A stretch of 64,000 bases of DNA from Sedimentisphaerales bacterium (GCA_963708075.1 OY970194.1:5728001-5792000); one strand, 5' to 3'. Positions 19,683 through 30,588 are shown, numbered from the stretch's first letter. Program-made: numbers and translations. Notes: generated from the sequence alone by a model not told the origin.

Positions 19683-21095
19683 TCACAGCCGCCAGCCGTC
19701 GCGGTAGGGCTCCTGGACGTACTTGTTGGCCTCTTCGTCGTTCGTGAATTTCATGCCGGCGGCGTCCCAGTGGAGCTTCCTGCCTCGCCGGATGGCGATG
19801 TTGCCGAGCAGGACGACCTCGGCGAGCAGGCCGCCGACATCGAAGTTGCAGCTTGGCCGTTCGCCCCCGCAGCAGGCGGCGATCCACTCGCCGGTGGCGA
19901 TGTTCTTGTAATTCGACCGGGTCAGCGTCTTGGCCGGCGGGGTATAGCTCTGCATCTTCGAATCGGGAATGATTCGCCCGTTGTCCACGTAGCCGAGAAT
20001 CTTGCCCTTGCTGCCGACGTACAGGTTGCCTTCCTCGGGCCAGTCGCGGTGGTCTTCGAGCTCGCTCGGCCGCGGCGGCTTGATACCTCCATCGCACCAG
20101 TAGAGCGTCACAGGCGGCATGCCTTGTCTCGCAGGGAACTCCCAGGTGACCGTCGAGGCCAGCGGCGTCGCCTCGCCCATCGCCTTGGTCGAGCTGGCCC
20201 AGACGCTCGTCGGATGCCCGAGCTTGAGTGCGCGAAACAGCGTGTTGAGGTGGTGGCAGCCCATGTCGCCGAGCGCGCCGGTCCCGAAATCCCACCAGCC
20301 GCGGAAGTTCCACGGGTGGTACACCGCATCGACCGGATAGTTGTACTTGGCCTGCTTCATGATCAGGCTGTCCCGGCCCCATTTCTCCTTGAACGGGCGC
20401 ATTGGGGCCGGGCCGATCCACAGGTCCCAATCGAAGTGCGCGGGCACGGGATCGGAGCCTTGCGGCCGGTCCATGCCCTGCGGCCATAGCGGCCGATTCG
20501 ACCAGCAATGCACCTCGCGGATCTCGCCGATCGCGCCGTCCCAGATCATCTCGCACAGCCGGCTGGCGCCCTCGTTCGTGGAAGAGGCGGCAGTCACCTG
20601 CGTCGCCACGCCGGCCTTGCGGGCGGCTTCGACGACCGTGCGGGCCTCGTGGATGGTCCGCGTCAGCGGCTTGACGCAGAGCACGTGCTTGCCCTTTCGC
20701 AGCGCCTCCATCGTGATGACGGCGTGCGTATGGTCCGGCGTGGCCACCAGGACCGCGTCGATGCCGGACTCCTTGTCGAGCATCTCACGGTAGTCACGAT
20801 ATTGCTTCGCCTCGGGGTACTCGTCAAACACCGGCTTGGCATAATGGGTGTCCACGTCGCACAGGAACGCGATCCTTGCCGCTTTCTCCGCCGCACAGCC
20901 CTGCAGAAAGGGCCTGCCCACGCCGCCGATGCCGACGCCGGCGATGTTGACCTTCTCACTGGGGGCCGTATGCGCCGCCCCGCCCAGGACGTGCCGGGGC
21001 ACGATCGTAAACGCCGCCGCGGCCGCCGCTTGCTGCATGAATCTCCTGCGCGAGAGGGGCAGGTTCGAACGATCACCTGTATGGCTGTGCCTCAT
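19683..21095 (-). CDS. Tat-exported Gfo/Idh/MocA family oxidoreductase
   Basis: SRRRFM Tat motif, GVGIGGVG, VATPDHTHA, GTGALGDMGCH. Confidence 0.9.
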   Translation of the reverse strand: MRHSHTGDRSNLPLSRRRFMQQAAAAAAFTIVPRHVLGGAAHTAPSEKVNIAGVGIGGVGRPFLQGCAAEKAARIAFLCDVDTHYAKPVFDEYPEAKQYRDYREMLDKESGIDAVLVATPDHTHAVITMEALRKGKHVLCVKPLTRTIHEARTVVEAARKAGVATQVTAASSTNEGASRLCEMIWDGAIGEIREVHCWSNRPLWPQGMDRPQGSDPVPAHFDWDLWIGPAPMRPFKEKWGRDSLIMKQAKYNYPVDAVYHPWNFRGWWDFGTGALGDMGCHHLNTLFRALKLGHPTSVWASSTKAMGEATPLASTVTWEFPARQGMPPVTLYWCDGGIKPPRPSELEDHRDWPEEGNLYVGSKGKILGYVDNGRIIPDSKMQSYTPPAKTLTRSNYKNIATGEWIAACCGGERPSCNFDVGGLLAEVVLLGNIAIRRGRKLHWDAAGMKFTNDEEANKYVQEPYRDGWRL

Positions 21096-21348
21096 GACAG
21101 CATTCCTTTCAAGAAACCTCGACCTGTGTGACGAACATGAAGGAGTGGGAATCCGATATCGTGGTCCATCTGGTTCGTTCCACTTGTGCTCCGGGTTCTT
21201 GGCACCGGCACGACAGCATACCCGGTCCGCCGTCCGGGCTCAAGAACAAACACCCGTCGCATACGATCGAACGTGCGGACGGTGAACGTTGCGTGCGCTA
21301 CATCGTAGTTAGTGGGCAGGGGAGCGTATGGTACAGACGCGTGAGAGC

Positions 21349-22076
21349 ATGAGAAAGAGCATCCGATTCGCTATTCTTGCCGTGCTCGGTGCCGGGCTGA
21401 TCGCATCGCTGCTGCTGCCTCCCGTCATCTCGTGTCTGGCGCATGCGCTCGGGTGTGTGGAGCGGTCGGGGGTCTGGGGGCCGGTTGTACTGGGCGTCTT
21501 CTACGTCGTGTGCTCCGTGTTCCTCGTTCCCGGCTCGATCCCGACGCTGACGGCGGGGTTTCTGTTCGGAGTACCGCTTGGCAGCCTCACGGCGATCCTC
21601 GGCAGCACGGTGGGGGCCTGTGCGGCGTTCCTGGTCGGACGGACCATGGCGCGCGATTGGATCGCCCGCCGGATCGCCCGAAGCCGCAGGTTCACGGCGA
21701 TCGACCGCATGATCGGCCGGCACGGCTTCAAGGTCGTCCTGTTGAGCCGCCTGAGCCCAATTTCGCCTTTCGTAATCCTGAATTACCTGTTCAGTCTTAC
21801 GAAAGTATCGTTCCGGGAATACGCGTTGGGCTCGCTGATCGGGATGATCCCGGGGACGGTGATGTTCGTCTATTTTGGAGCGGGCCTTCGCTCCCTGGCG
21901 GAAGTGACGGCGTACGCCAAGGGGCAGCTCCCGCCCACGCCGGCGGAGCGCGTGTTCTTCTGGGCGGGCCTGGCGGTGACCGTGATCATTACCGTTCTGT
22001 TGGCGCGCTGGCGCACAGATCGCTGCAGCGTGCGATAGACAAAGATCACCCCGGTACGGGAAACGACCGTGCGTGA
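21349..22076 (+). CDS. TVP38/TMEM64 (DedA superfamily) membrane protein; probable -1 frameshift near 22008
   Basis: PGSIPTLTAGFLFG, LSRLSPISPF, GSLIGMIPGT; alternative frame gives LAHRSLQRA C-terminus. Confidence 0.8.
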
Positions 22077-22179
22077 GGGCGCAGGAAACCACGTCGTTGC
22101 TTTCCGCTCGGTGAGATGGTGATTATAATCAGGAGAGATGCTGGAACCCGGTGTTTGTCAGAGATGGATGTAAGGGGCC

Positions 22180-23310
22180 ATGGTAGGAATCGTTTCCAAG
22201 CCGGACACGAATCGAAAGCTGGAGATCCTCAGCGATGACGCCAGGTACGACCTGGCCTGTGCGTGCGGCACGGACCAGGACGAAAGGCGTCGTCGCGGGG
22301 GCGACGGCCGATGGATCTATCCGGTCACGCTTCCAAACGGCGGCAAGAGCGTTCTGTTCAAGACGCTGATCTCCAACGTCTGCGCGAACGACTGCAAGTA
22401 CTGCCCTCTGAGGCAGGAGCGGGACATCCGCCGGTGCACGCTGAACCCCGAGGAGACGGCCCGCGTATTCCTCGACTATTACAGTCAGCGGAAGGTCTTC
22501 GGCCTGTTCCTGAGCTCGGGCGTCGTCGGCTCGGCCGACGCGACGATGGACCGGCTCAACACGACGGCGCGCCTGCTGCGGCAACGGCACGGTTTCAAGG
22601 GCTACATCCATCTGAAGGTGATCCCCGGGGCCAGCCGCCCGGCGATTGAAGAAGCCGTCTCGCTCGCCAGCGCCGTCTCGCTCAATATCGAGACGCCCGG
22701 CGCCGCGCACCTTGCGAGGCTTTCGACCAGAAAGAGTTTTGTCCAGGATATCGTTGAGCCGATGAAGTACATCAGCCAACTGACGGCCCGCGGGTCCCGG
22801 TTCGCGAAGGTCAAGCAGACCACGCAGTTCATTGTCGGACCCGCCGGCGAGTCGGATGCCGAAATCGTCAAGTATATGTGGGGGCTCTACGAGAGACTCA
22901 GGATGCACCGGGTGTACTTCAGTGCGTACCAGCGGGGACTGGGGGATGCGTCGCTATCGGCTGAACAGGGCGGCGCGGACGGCGTATTTATGCGGGAGCA
23001 CCGTCTGTATCAGGTGGACTTCCTGATGCGCAAGTACGGCTTCCGAGACGCCGATGTCCCATTTGATGTCCATGGCAACCTGTCCCTGGAAACCGACCCG
23101 AAGGAAGCCTGGGCGCAGGGTCATCCGGAGCATTTCCCGCTGAACGTGAATCGTGCGTCCCGGTTGGAGTTGCTGCGTGTGCCGGGGCTTGGCCCCATCA
23201 CCGTGGACCGGATCCTCCGGCTGCGGCAAATGCAGCGGATCGGATCGCTGGCAGAGATCGGGCCTGTCGGCGCTCGGCTGGGCAAGGCCCGGCAGTACGT
23301 AACCTTTTGA
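22180..23310 (+). CDS. Putative DNA modification/repair radical SAM protein with C-terminal HhH (TIGR03916-like)
   Basis: YDLACAC, CANDCKYC, GLFLSSG, YIHLKVIPG, REHRLYQVDFL, LLRVPGLG. Confidence 0.9.
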   Translation: MVGIVSKPDTNRKLEILSDDARYDLACACGTDQDERRRRGGDGRWIYPVTLPNGGKSVLFKTLISNVCANDCKYCPLRQERDIRRCTLNPEETARVFLDYYSQRKVFGLFLSSGVVGSADATMDRLNTTARLLRQRHGFKGYIHLKVIPGASRPAIEEAVSLASAVSLNIETPGAAHLARLSTRKSFVQDIVEPMKYISQLTARGSRFAKVKQTTQFIVGPAGESDAEIVKYMWGLYERLRMHRVYFSAYQRGLGDASLSAEQGGADGVFMREHRLYQVDFLMRKYGFRDADVPFDVHGNLSLETDPKEAWAQGHPEHFPLNVNRASRLELLRVPGLGPITVDRILRLRQMQRIGSLAEIGPVGARLGKARQYVTF

Positions 23311-23408
23311 AATTTTTATTGCGAAAAAGTGATCGATTTCTATAATTCGCTGGCTGAACCTGTGAAAACAGACCAGCAACAGTGTGCTTCAAGCCTAAGG
23401 AGGTGAAG

Positions 23409-23984
23409 ATGCGAAATCTGGTTCCCGCGAAGGTCTTCCTGACGAAGGGCGTCGGTCGACACAAGTACCAGCTCAAGTCGTTTGAGGAAGCCTTGCGCAA
23501 AGCCGGTGTCGCACAACAGAACCTGGTTCAAGTGTCGTCGATTCTGCCGCCGCGATGCAAGCTGATCAGCCGGGAAAAAGGGCTGGCCGATCTGACGCCG
23601 GGCGGTATCTGCTACTGTGTCATGGCGCGGTCCGATACGGACGAGCACGGCCGCCTAGTGGCTTCCTCCGTGGGAATCGCTGTTCCTAAGGACGAGGCCA
23701 AGTGGGGATACCTCAGTGAAGTGCATGGCCATGGCATGAACGAGAAAGAAGCGTCCGACCTGGCGGAAGACCTTGCCGCCGGAATGCTCGGAACCACGCT
23801 GGGCCTGGAAGTGGATCCCAACAAGGCGTGGTCTGAAAAGGAACAAGTCTATCGCTCCAGTGGTCTGATCATTCGAACCTCGAACATCACGCAAACCGCC
23901 AGGGGCCAGAAGGACCTCTGGACCACGACCGTGGCCATTGCCATGTTCCTGTTCAACGATAACCCAAGCCTTTTTTCCCGTTGA
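23409..23984 (+). CDS. pdaD: Pyruvoyl-dependent arginine decarboxylase
   Basis: FLTKGVGRH, SFEEALRKAG, NLVQVSSILPP (SS autocleavage site), GYLSEVH. Confidence 0.9.
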   Translation: MRNLVPAKVFLTKGVGRHKYQLKSFEEALRKAGVAQQNLVQVSSILPPRCKLISREKGLADLTPGGICYCVMARSDTDEHGRLVASSVGIAVPKDEAKWGYLSEVHGHGMNEKEASDLAEDLAAGMLGTTLGLEVDPNKAWSEKEQVYRSSGLIIRTSNITQTARGQKDLWTTTVAIAMFLFNDNPSLFSR

Positions 23985-24097
23985 ACCCCTGAATCGCCGG
24001 TCGGCTGTCTGCCCACGGCTCGCGTAAGGCGGCGATTCTAAGAGACTGCGCACGCCGATGCAGGCGTGGGAAGCGGGCCGGCATTGGAGTCAGCACC

Positions 24098-24952
24098 ATG
24101 ATAGAAGCCACGAATTTCGGGGCCTTGCCCCCTGAGTACAGCCGCGCCGAGTTCGCGGAAATCGTTATCATCCCCGTGCCGTATGACGGAACGAGCACCT
24201 ACGTCAAGGGCGCGGACAAGGGACCTGAGGCGATCATCCGGGCCTCGGGAAACATGGAGTTATACGATATCGAGACCGATTCGCAGGTGTACCTGCACGG
24301 GATCTTCACCGATGATCCGGTGGCGGATGGTCCTGAGCCTGAGAAGATGGTCCGGGCAGTGGAGCGGCGGGTCGGAAAGCATCTTGCGAACGATAAGTTC
24401 ATCGTTGTCCTGGGAGGGGAGCATTCGGTCAGCGTCGGGGCGGTGCAGGCCCATGCCCGCAAGTACCCGGGCATGACGGTCCTGCAGCTCGATGCCCATT
24501 CGGACCTGCGCGACCAGTATGAGGGCTCCAGGTACAATCACGCCTGCGTGATGGCCCGGGTCAAGGAGATGTGCCCCATCGTTCAGGTCGGCATCCGGAG
24601 CATGGACGTGTCGGAGAAGCCTGCCATGGATCGCAAGCGTGTTTTTTTCGCCGAGGACATCCATCACGGCACGACTGGCGTAGATAATATTATCGGGATG
24701 TTGACGGATCAGGTGTACGTTACGATCGATCTGGATGTCTTTGACCCGTCGATCATGCCGTCCACGGGAACGCCCGAGCCGGGCGGTCTGTTATGGTACG
24801 ATGTTCTGGACCTCCTGAAGAGGGTGTGTCGCCGAAGCACGGTCGTAGGCTTCGACGTCGTCGAGATGTGCCCGGCTGCGACCAACTGGGGTCCCGACTT
24901 CATGGCGGCAAAACTGATTTATAAGCTGCTGACTTACAAATTCCGAGGTTAA
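24098..24952 (+). CDS. speB: Agmatinase
   Basis: GGEHS, DAHSDLR, DLDVFDPS, GTPEPGG. Confidence 0.92.
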   Translation: MIEATNFGALPPEYSRAEFAEIVIIPVPYDGTSTYVKGADKGPEAIIRASGNMELYDIETDSQVYLHGIFTDDPVADGPEPEKMVRAVERRVGKHLANDKFIVVLGGEHSVSVGAVQAHARKYPGMTVLQLDAHSDLRDQYEGSRYNHACVMARVKEMCPIVQVGIRSMDVSEKPAMDRKRVFFAEDIHHGTTGVDNIIGMLTDQVYVTIDLDVFDPSIMPSTGTPEPGGLLWYDVLDLLKRVCRRSTVVGFDVVEMCPAATNWGPDFMAAKLIYKLLTYKFRG

Positions 24953-24953
24953 C

Positions 24954-25994
24954 ATGGACAAGAAGGATATTCTCAGAGAACCTATTGAGCACATCGACAT
25001 CAAGGCGTTCGATTCGACCCGGATCATCGACTCGATGCGGGGGATGTCGTTCACGGCCAGGGATACCGCCCGCGCCGCCGATATCCTCAACAAGATGATT
25101 GAAGACAAGGATTGCACCATCATGCTGTGCATCGCGGGCAGCACGAGCGCCGGCGGGTGCATGCAAGTGTACGTCGATCTGGTGCGCCACAACATGGTGG
25201 ATGCCATCGTGGCCACCGGCGCCACAATCGTGGATATGGACTTTTTTGAGGCCCTGGGCTTTCGCCACTATAGAGGCAGCTCCATAGCGGACGATAAAGA
25301 GCTTAGAGAGCTGTACATCGACCGGATTTATGACACCTACATCGATGAGGAGCAGCTCCAGACCTGTGACAGCGCGATTAAGGAGATCGCCGACAGCCTG
25401 GAGCCCCGGCCATACTCCTCCAGGGAGTTCATCCAGGAGATGGGCAAGTACCTGATGACCAACGGCAAGAAGAACGATTCACTCGTGCGGGTCGCCTATG
25501 AGCGCGATGTGCCGATCTTCTGCCCGGCGTTTTCCGATTCCAGCGCCGGCTTCGGTCTCGTCCGGCACCAGGTGGAGAATCCGGATAGTCATGTCTCCAT
25601 CGACTCAGTGAAGGACTTCCGGGAGCTGACGGAGATCAAGATGCGATCGCCCGTTTCCGGCCTGTTCATGATCGGCGGCGGCGTGCCGAAGAACTTCGCA
25701 CAGGATACCGTGGTCTGTGCCGAGGTCCTCGGCCGGCCCGTCGATATGCACAAGTACGCGGTCCAGATCACCGTCGCCGATGCCCGTGACGGCGCCTGTT
25801 CCAGCTCGACCCTCAAGGAGGCCTCCTCCTGGGGCAAGGTCGATACGACATACGAGCAAATGGTTTTCGCCGAGGCGACTGCGGTTCTGCCCTTGATCGC
25901 CAGCTATGCGTTCCATAGCCGGCACTGGGAGGACCGGGCCCAAAGGCGGTGGAGCAAGATTTTCGAGCCAGTGCCTGCAGGAGAACATAGATGA
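24954..25994 (+). CDS. Deoxyhypusine synthase-like protein (putative homospermidine/aminobutyl-transfer enzyme)
   Basis: IDRIYDT, PIFCPAFSDSSAG, IGGGVPKNF, DGACSSSTLKEASSWGK. Confidence 0.9.
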   Translation: MDKKDILREPIEHIDIKAFDSTRIIDSMRGMSFTARDTARAADILNKMIEDKDCTIMLCIAGSTSAGGCMQVYVDLVRHNMVDAIVATGATIVDMDFFEALGFRHYRGSSIADDKELRELYIDRIYDTYIDEEQLQTCDSAIKEIADSLEPRPYSSREFIQEMGKYLMTNGKKNDSLVRVAYERDVPIFCPAFSDSSAGFGLVRHQVENPDSHVSIDSVKDFRELTEIKMRSPVSGLFMIGGGVPKNFAQDTVVCAEVLGRPVDMHKYAVQITVADARDGACSSSTLKEASSWGKVDTTYEQMVFAEATAVLPLIASYAFHSRHWEDRAQRRWSKIFEPVPAGEHR

Positions 25995-26551
25995 AGGCGA
26001 CGTTGAGCCGAGCGGCAGAAGGATGGATGGCTGTGCCCGTGTGGTTTGGATTCCCCGGTTGGAACAAGTGGTTCGTCCTGCTGCTGCTTGGCTTGCTTCT
26101 ACCGGCAGGTTGCAGAGATCGTGGTCTGACGCAAGCCCAGGAGGAAGCCCGCGAAGCCAAGGCGGCTGCGGCCAAACTGGAAGGGAGTCTGGGCGTGGCG
26201 CGGCGGGAGGTATCAGAAACAAAGGCAGAACTCAAGGCAGTCAAGCAGGCTCGCGACGAACTGCAGGAACAGATCGACACGTTCAGACAGGAACGCGACC
26301 AGGCGCTGGCTCTTTCTCAGCAGGCGAGGGAGCTGGTCACAAATGTGACCGCGAGGGCGGATGGTCAGGCGGGCGTCACGGCCGGCCTGGAGAAGCAGAT
26401 CGCGGAGTTGAAAGGTGTCGTACAGGAGCAGCAGAAGATGATTGAGGAGCTGCAAAAGGGTGCGACGGTGCAGCCGGTCGGTGTGGAGACTCCGGCGGAG
26501 TCCGCCAAGGATAAGACGCCACCGCCCGCCGAGCCGAACGAAAAGCCGTAA
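25991..26551 (+). CDS. Coiled-coil lipoprotein, hypothetical; start uncertain
   Basis: LLLPAGC lipobox followed by heptad-rich helix. Confidence 0.65.
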   Translation: MKATLSRAAEGWMAVPVWFGFPGWNKWFVLLLLGLLLPAGCRDRGLTQAQEEAREAKAAAAKLEGSLGVARREVSETKAELKAVKQARDELQEQIDTFRQERDQALALSQQARELVTNVTARADGQAGVTAGLEKQIAELKGVVQEQQKMIEELQKGATVQPVGVETPAESAKDKTPPPAEPNEKP

Positions 26552-26838
26552 TGCTGTGAGGATACGCCAGGGAGGGCAATCCGGCCTCTTTGCAGGTCGT
26601 GCGTCCTCGCACGACTCCCTTCCCTTGGGTGGAACAGGCCTTGAAGGCTCAGGTTTCTCGTTCTGCCGGCAAAATCTCCCCCACGAAATGGAGTCGCACC
26701 CCGCTCCATGAATCGATCTTTTTTCCTTCGCTTTGGCGCTCCGGCCCCGGTATACTTCCCGCATTGTCCGGTCGTGGTTGGGGGAAGTGGGCAAGATAAC
26801 GCCCGTGTCTCCCTGTGCGGATGCTGAGGAATGAACGT

Positions 26839-27048
26839 ATGAAGAAAGCAAAACTGGCTACCGTTTTGATTCTCTCCATTCTGACCCTCGTTGTTGTGGT
26901 GCAGAACACAGGGATGATTCGGACACAGATCCTGTTCTGGCCCCTGGAGATGTCCCAGGCGCTGCTGTTGATCCTGACGTTTGTTCTGGGGTTCGTGATC
27001 GGCGTGCTGGTGGCCAGTGGTCTGCTGAGGAAGAAGCGCAAGGCGTAG
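26839..27048 (+). CDS. LapA/DUF1049-like small membrane protein
   Basis: Two TM helices, VVQNT motif, basic C-terminus. Confidence 0.7.
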   Translation: MKKAKLATVLILSILTLVVVVQNTGMIRTQILFWPLEMSQALLLILTFVLGFVIGVLVASGLLRKKRKA

Positions 27049-27051
27049 GTA

Positions 27052-27654
27052 ATGATCGCGTTCATATTCCCTCAGTCAGAGTTCTTCGCGTGGGTCATTC
27101 TGCCCATTCTGATCTTCCTGTCGAGAATCACGGATGTTTCGCTGGGCACGGTGCGCCTGATCTTCGTTTCCCGGGGCATGAAGTACCTGGCGCCCATCAT
27201 CGGCTTCTTTGAGGTACTGATTTGGATCCTGGTCATCGGCCAGATCATGCAGAACCTGTCCAATCCCGTCTGTTATATAGCCTATGCCGGCGGATTCGCT
27301 ACGGGCAACTTCGTCGGGCTCCTGATCGCCGAGAAGCTCTCTCTCGGCATGGTGCTGATTCGGGTCATTACCCCGAAGGAAATCGGCGGTCTCGTGGAAT
27401 GCCTCAAGCAGAAGCGGTACGGGGTGACCTCTATCGACGGCCAGGGCGCCAACGGTCCGGTGGAGATCGTCTTTACGATCGTGCCACGCCGGGATGTCGG
27501 CGCCGTCGTCGAACTCGTCAAGAAGTTCAATTCCCAGGCCTTCTATACCATCGAGGAGGTAGATTTCGCGGAACGGGGCGTCTTTCCCATCCGCAAAGCC
27601 TGGCATCAGTTCTCTTTCCTGGAGTTCGTAAGGCCTTTCCGGAAGGGTTGGTAG
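27052..27654 (+). CDS. DUF2179/UPF0316 family membrane protein
   Basis: RITDVSLGTVR, GFFEVLIW, AYAGGFATGNFVG, YGVTSIDGQG. Confidence 0.85.
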   Translation: MIAFIFPQSEFFAWVILPILIFLSRITDVSLGTVRLIFVSRGMKYLAPIIGFFEVLIWILVIGQIMQNLSNPVCYIAYAGGFATGNFVGLLIAEKLSLGMVLIRVITPKEIGGLVECLKQKRYGVTSIDGQGANGPVEIVFTIVPRRDVGAVVELVKKFNSQAFYTIEEVDFAERGVFPIRKAWHQFSFLEFVRPFRKGW

Positions 27655-27655
27655 C

Positions 27656-28878
27656 CAGGGCTATCGCATCTAAATGCCAAGGACCTTAAGCAGGTAGTCT
27701 CGGTCCCAGCCGGCTCGGAGGCGTTTGGCGGCGATGCCGCCCTTGGCCGTCTTCTCCTGCTTGAGCAGCATCAGGGCGATTCGACGCAATCGCGAGAAGT
27801 TCTCGGCGGCGTTGGCCACTCGGACTCGACTGGCGTCCTCATGGAAACTCACGTCCAGCGACCAGTGCAACTGGACCTCCACGGACCAGTGATGGCGAAT
27901 CAATGTCCCCAGACGCTGGGCACAGTGTCCCGGATGGGAGCTGATGAAGTAGTGTCGCTTTCGTTCGCACTGGCCGTTGACCTGACGCTCTCGCTCGATG
28001 GCCGTGAGGCTGCCCAGACCCGGCCAGTCGTGACGCCCTTGCAGCCATCCCACATCGCTGGTAGTCCACACCCGGCGGGTTTCCAGTCGTCCATGGCCTT
28101 TTTCCACGGTTTCCCAGAAGTCCTGCTCGCCGGCAAACCCGTGGGCGATGCCGTCCTCCATGTACATCCGGGCATCCTCGTACAGAGTCCCTTGGTTAGC
28201 CTTGAGGGCCAGCACATAGTCGCCGCCCTGATCGACGATCTGCTCGGCGATCTCCTTTTGACAACCCATGGCGTCAATCGTGATGGTTGCCTCCTCCACG
28301 TCGAGCAGCTTGAGCAACTCCGGGATCGCGGTGATCTCATTGCTCTTGGCATCGACCGCCCGTTGGCCGAAAGCCACGCAGTTCTCGTGGACCCAGGCAC
28401 TGACCATGTGCAACGGGCCTTTGGCACGGACCCGATCAAAGCTGTTTCGCAGGGTCTTGCCGTCGATGGCGATGTGCTTGCCCCGGCTGCTGCCGGCCAG
28501 ATCCGCCACAAACGCCTGCATGACCGCTTCAAACGCATCCGGGTCCAGGGCGGCAAAGACCCGACCAAAGGTATCATGCGATGGAATGCCATTGGGCAGG
28601 TCCAGAAACGTGCCAAACCATTCCTCGTTGACGTTGCCGAACATCTCTACGTCCGTCCAGTGCTCAGCCCCGCAGATCACGGCACAGACGCCAATGACCA
28701 GAATATCCTGTAATTCATGCCGTTTCGTCCGCTCCACGCGAGGATCAGGAACCGCGGCAAAATGATCCCAAATCGACTTGCTCATCAAGAACGTATTCCT
28801 CTCTAATCTGAGTGTCTTGCTTCTGAGAAGAATACGAAACCACACCTACAAAGGCTCAATTTAGATGCGATAGCCCTA
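27656..28878 (-). mobile_element. Complete ISAs1-family insertion sequence (1223 bp)
   Basis: 19-bp perfect subterminal IR AGGGCTATCGCATCTAAAT (27657-27675 / 28859-28877); 10-bp TSD GGTTGGTAGC (27646-27655 / 28879-28888). Confidence 0.95.
27670..28785 (-). CDS. ISAs1 family transposase
   Basis: [57 protein letters not shown]. Confidence 0.95.
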   Translation of the reverse strand: MSKSIWDHFAAVPDPRVERTKRHELQDILVIGVCAVICGAEHWTDVEMFGNVNEEWFGTFLDLPNGIPSHDTFGRVFAALDPDAFEAVMQAFVADLAGSSRGKHIAIDGKTLRNSFDRVRAKGPLHMVSAWVHENCVAFGQRAVDAKSNEITAIPELLKLLDVEEATITIDAMGCQKEIAEQIVDQGGDYVLALKANQGTLYEDARMYMEDGIAHGFAGEQDFWETVEKGHGRLETRRVWTTSDVGWLQGRHDWPGLGSLTAIERERQVNGQCERKRHYFISSHPGHCAQRLGTLIRHHWSVEVQLHWSLDVSFHEDASRVRVANAAENFSRLRRIALMLLKQEKTAKGGIAAKRLRAGWDRDYLLKVLGI

Positions 28879-29003
28879 GGTTGGTAGCAGAATGCCCTGT
28901 TCGGACGTGATATCCGCGTGTACAATACCGGAATTCGTGGTGCGTACGGCTACTGTTCCGCGACGCGCGGCACGCACGGCGAAGGACGAGTAAAGGCTGT
29001 TGC

Positions 29004-30039
29004 ATGAGGGCGGCTGAAAAGACAGGCTCGAAAGTACAACGATTGACCGAGTTGTTCGCAGGCAAGGCGTACCTGCTTGTCGTGATGCAGGATAACCCTG
29101 ATCCGGACAGCCTTGCGGCGGCGATGGCGCTGCGCCGGCTGGCCAAGAGCCTGGCCAACCTCAATGTCTCCATCGCGTGCGGCGGGACGGTCGGCCGGGG
29201 CGAGAATCGGGCTCTTGTCAAATACCTGGGTATGAATCTGCGGGCCCCCGCTGAGGTGGACTATGAGAAGTTCGACCTCGTGGCCATGGTGGACACGCAG
29301 CCGGGCACGGGGAACAACTCTCTGCCCGTGTCCATCGAGCCGGACATTGTGATCGACCACCACCCGATTCGCCGTCTGACGCGGACCGTCACATTTACCG
29401 ACATCCGCAGCAGTTACGGCGCCACCTCGACAATCCTCGTGGAGTATCTGATCGAAGCAGGGATCACGCCGGACACGCCCCTGGCCACGGCGCTGCTATA
29501 TGGCATTCGATCCGATACGCAGGACCTCGGAAGGGAATCGTCGCGATTCGATATAGAAGCCATCGAATTCCTGTACCCGTACGCCAATAAGCGCATGCTC
29601 GGCGTCATCCAGCGGGGAAAGGTGCCCAGGGTGTACTATCAGATGCTGGCCGACGCCCTTCGCAATGCCCGTGTCCAGGGACCCGCGATCATCACCGACC
29701 TGGGCGAAATCGATAATCCGGACATGATAGCCGAGGTAGCCGATCTGCTGCTTCGGGAAGACGAGAACCACCTGGACGATGTGCACGGGCTTCTGGAACG
29801 ATAAGTTGCTGATTTCGCTCCGTACGTCGGAGGAGAGCAACCTGGCCGAGAAAGTCATCCGGCATATCGTGGCCCGTCGCGGCACCGGCGGCGGACACTT
29901 GACCTACGCAGGCGGGCAAATCCCCATCCTGAATGGGACCAAGGCCAAACGCGAGGAACTGGTGCGCGACGTCCAGCAGAGGTTCCTCGCCGCCATCAGT
30001 GCGCAGGACACGGAAGGCGCCAGACTCGTCAAGACATAG
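29004..30039 (+). CDS. DHH family phosphoesterase; +1 frameshift at ~29767
   Basis: DNPDPDS, IDHHP, GATSTI, GIRSDT; second frame carries GTGGGH...AGGQI. Confidence 0.85.
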
Positions 30040-30235
30040 AACCCGCGCCGCGGATTTTGTCGGGGGAGTTGCATTTACCCATGAGCGACGTTACCATAGC
30101 ACACAAGAAGAGCGGCACCGCAGTCACAAGGCAGGGTGAACAACGACGCCGGAAGGAACGTCGGTGAGAGTCCAAAGTGAAGGTGCTCCAAATCGGATTG
30201 GAGCACGAGAATTAAAACGGAAAAGGAGAAAACAC

Positions 30236-30379
30236 ATGACAAGTCTCAGACGCAAACTGGTTGCATTGTTCTTCACCGTGCTGTTTGTGGCCGCCACCGT
30301 TGCGGTGACGGGCTGTTCGAAGGAGCCTGCCCCCACCAAGGCGCCTGCGAAGAAAGCCCCAAATACCGGCATAGAGTAG
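30236..30379 (+). CDS. Very small lipoprotein (47 aa)
   Basis: AAGGAG SD; signal peptide with VTGC lipobox; 9-bp hairpin GTGCTCCAA/TTGGAGCAC just upstream. Confidence 0.65.
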   Translation: MTSLRRKLVALFFTVLFVAATVAVTGCSKEPAPTKAPAKKAPNTGIE

Positions 30380-30588
30380 CAAGACAGCGGGTTCGGATGT
30401 CTCCGGCGTGTCAAGAGACGAGGGGGCGGAACACGATTTCGTGATCTGCGGCCAGGCCGGTCGGCCTGCCGGAGAGAGCCGGGACTGTTGTCGTTTGCCA
30501 TTTCGACACAGAGATAATCAGGGAGTCCGCTCGTCGCAGAGCCATCTGCAGCGGACTCCTTTTGTTCTGGGCACAGGAGAAAGCAAAG

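Noticed and set aside
30140..30170. SRP RNA (CCGGAAGGAA motif)
   Set aside because: Lacks the flanking CAGG/AGCA symmetric loop and the long helix.
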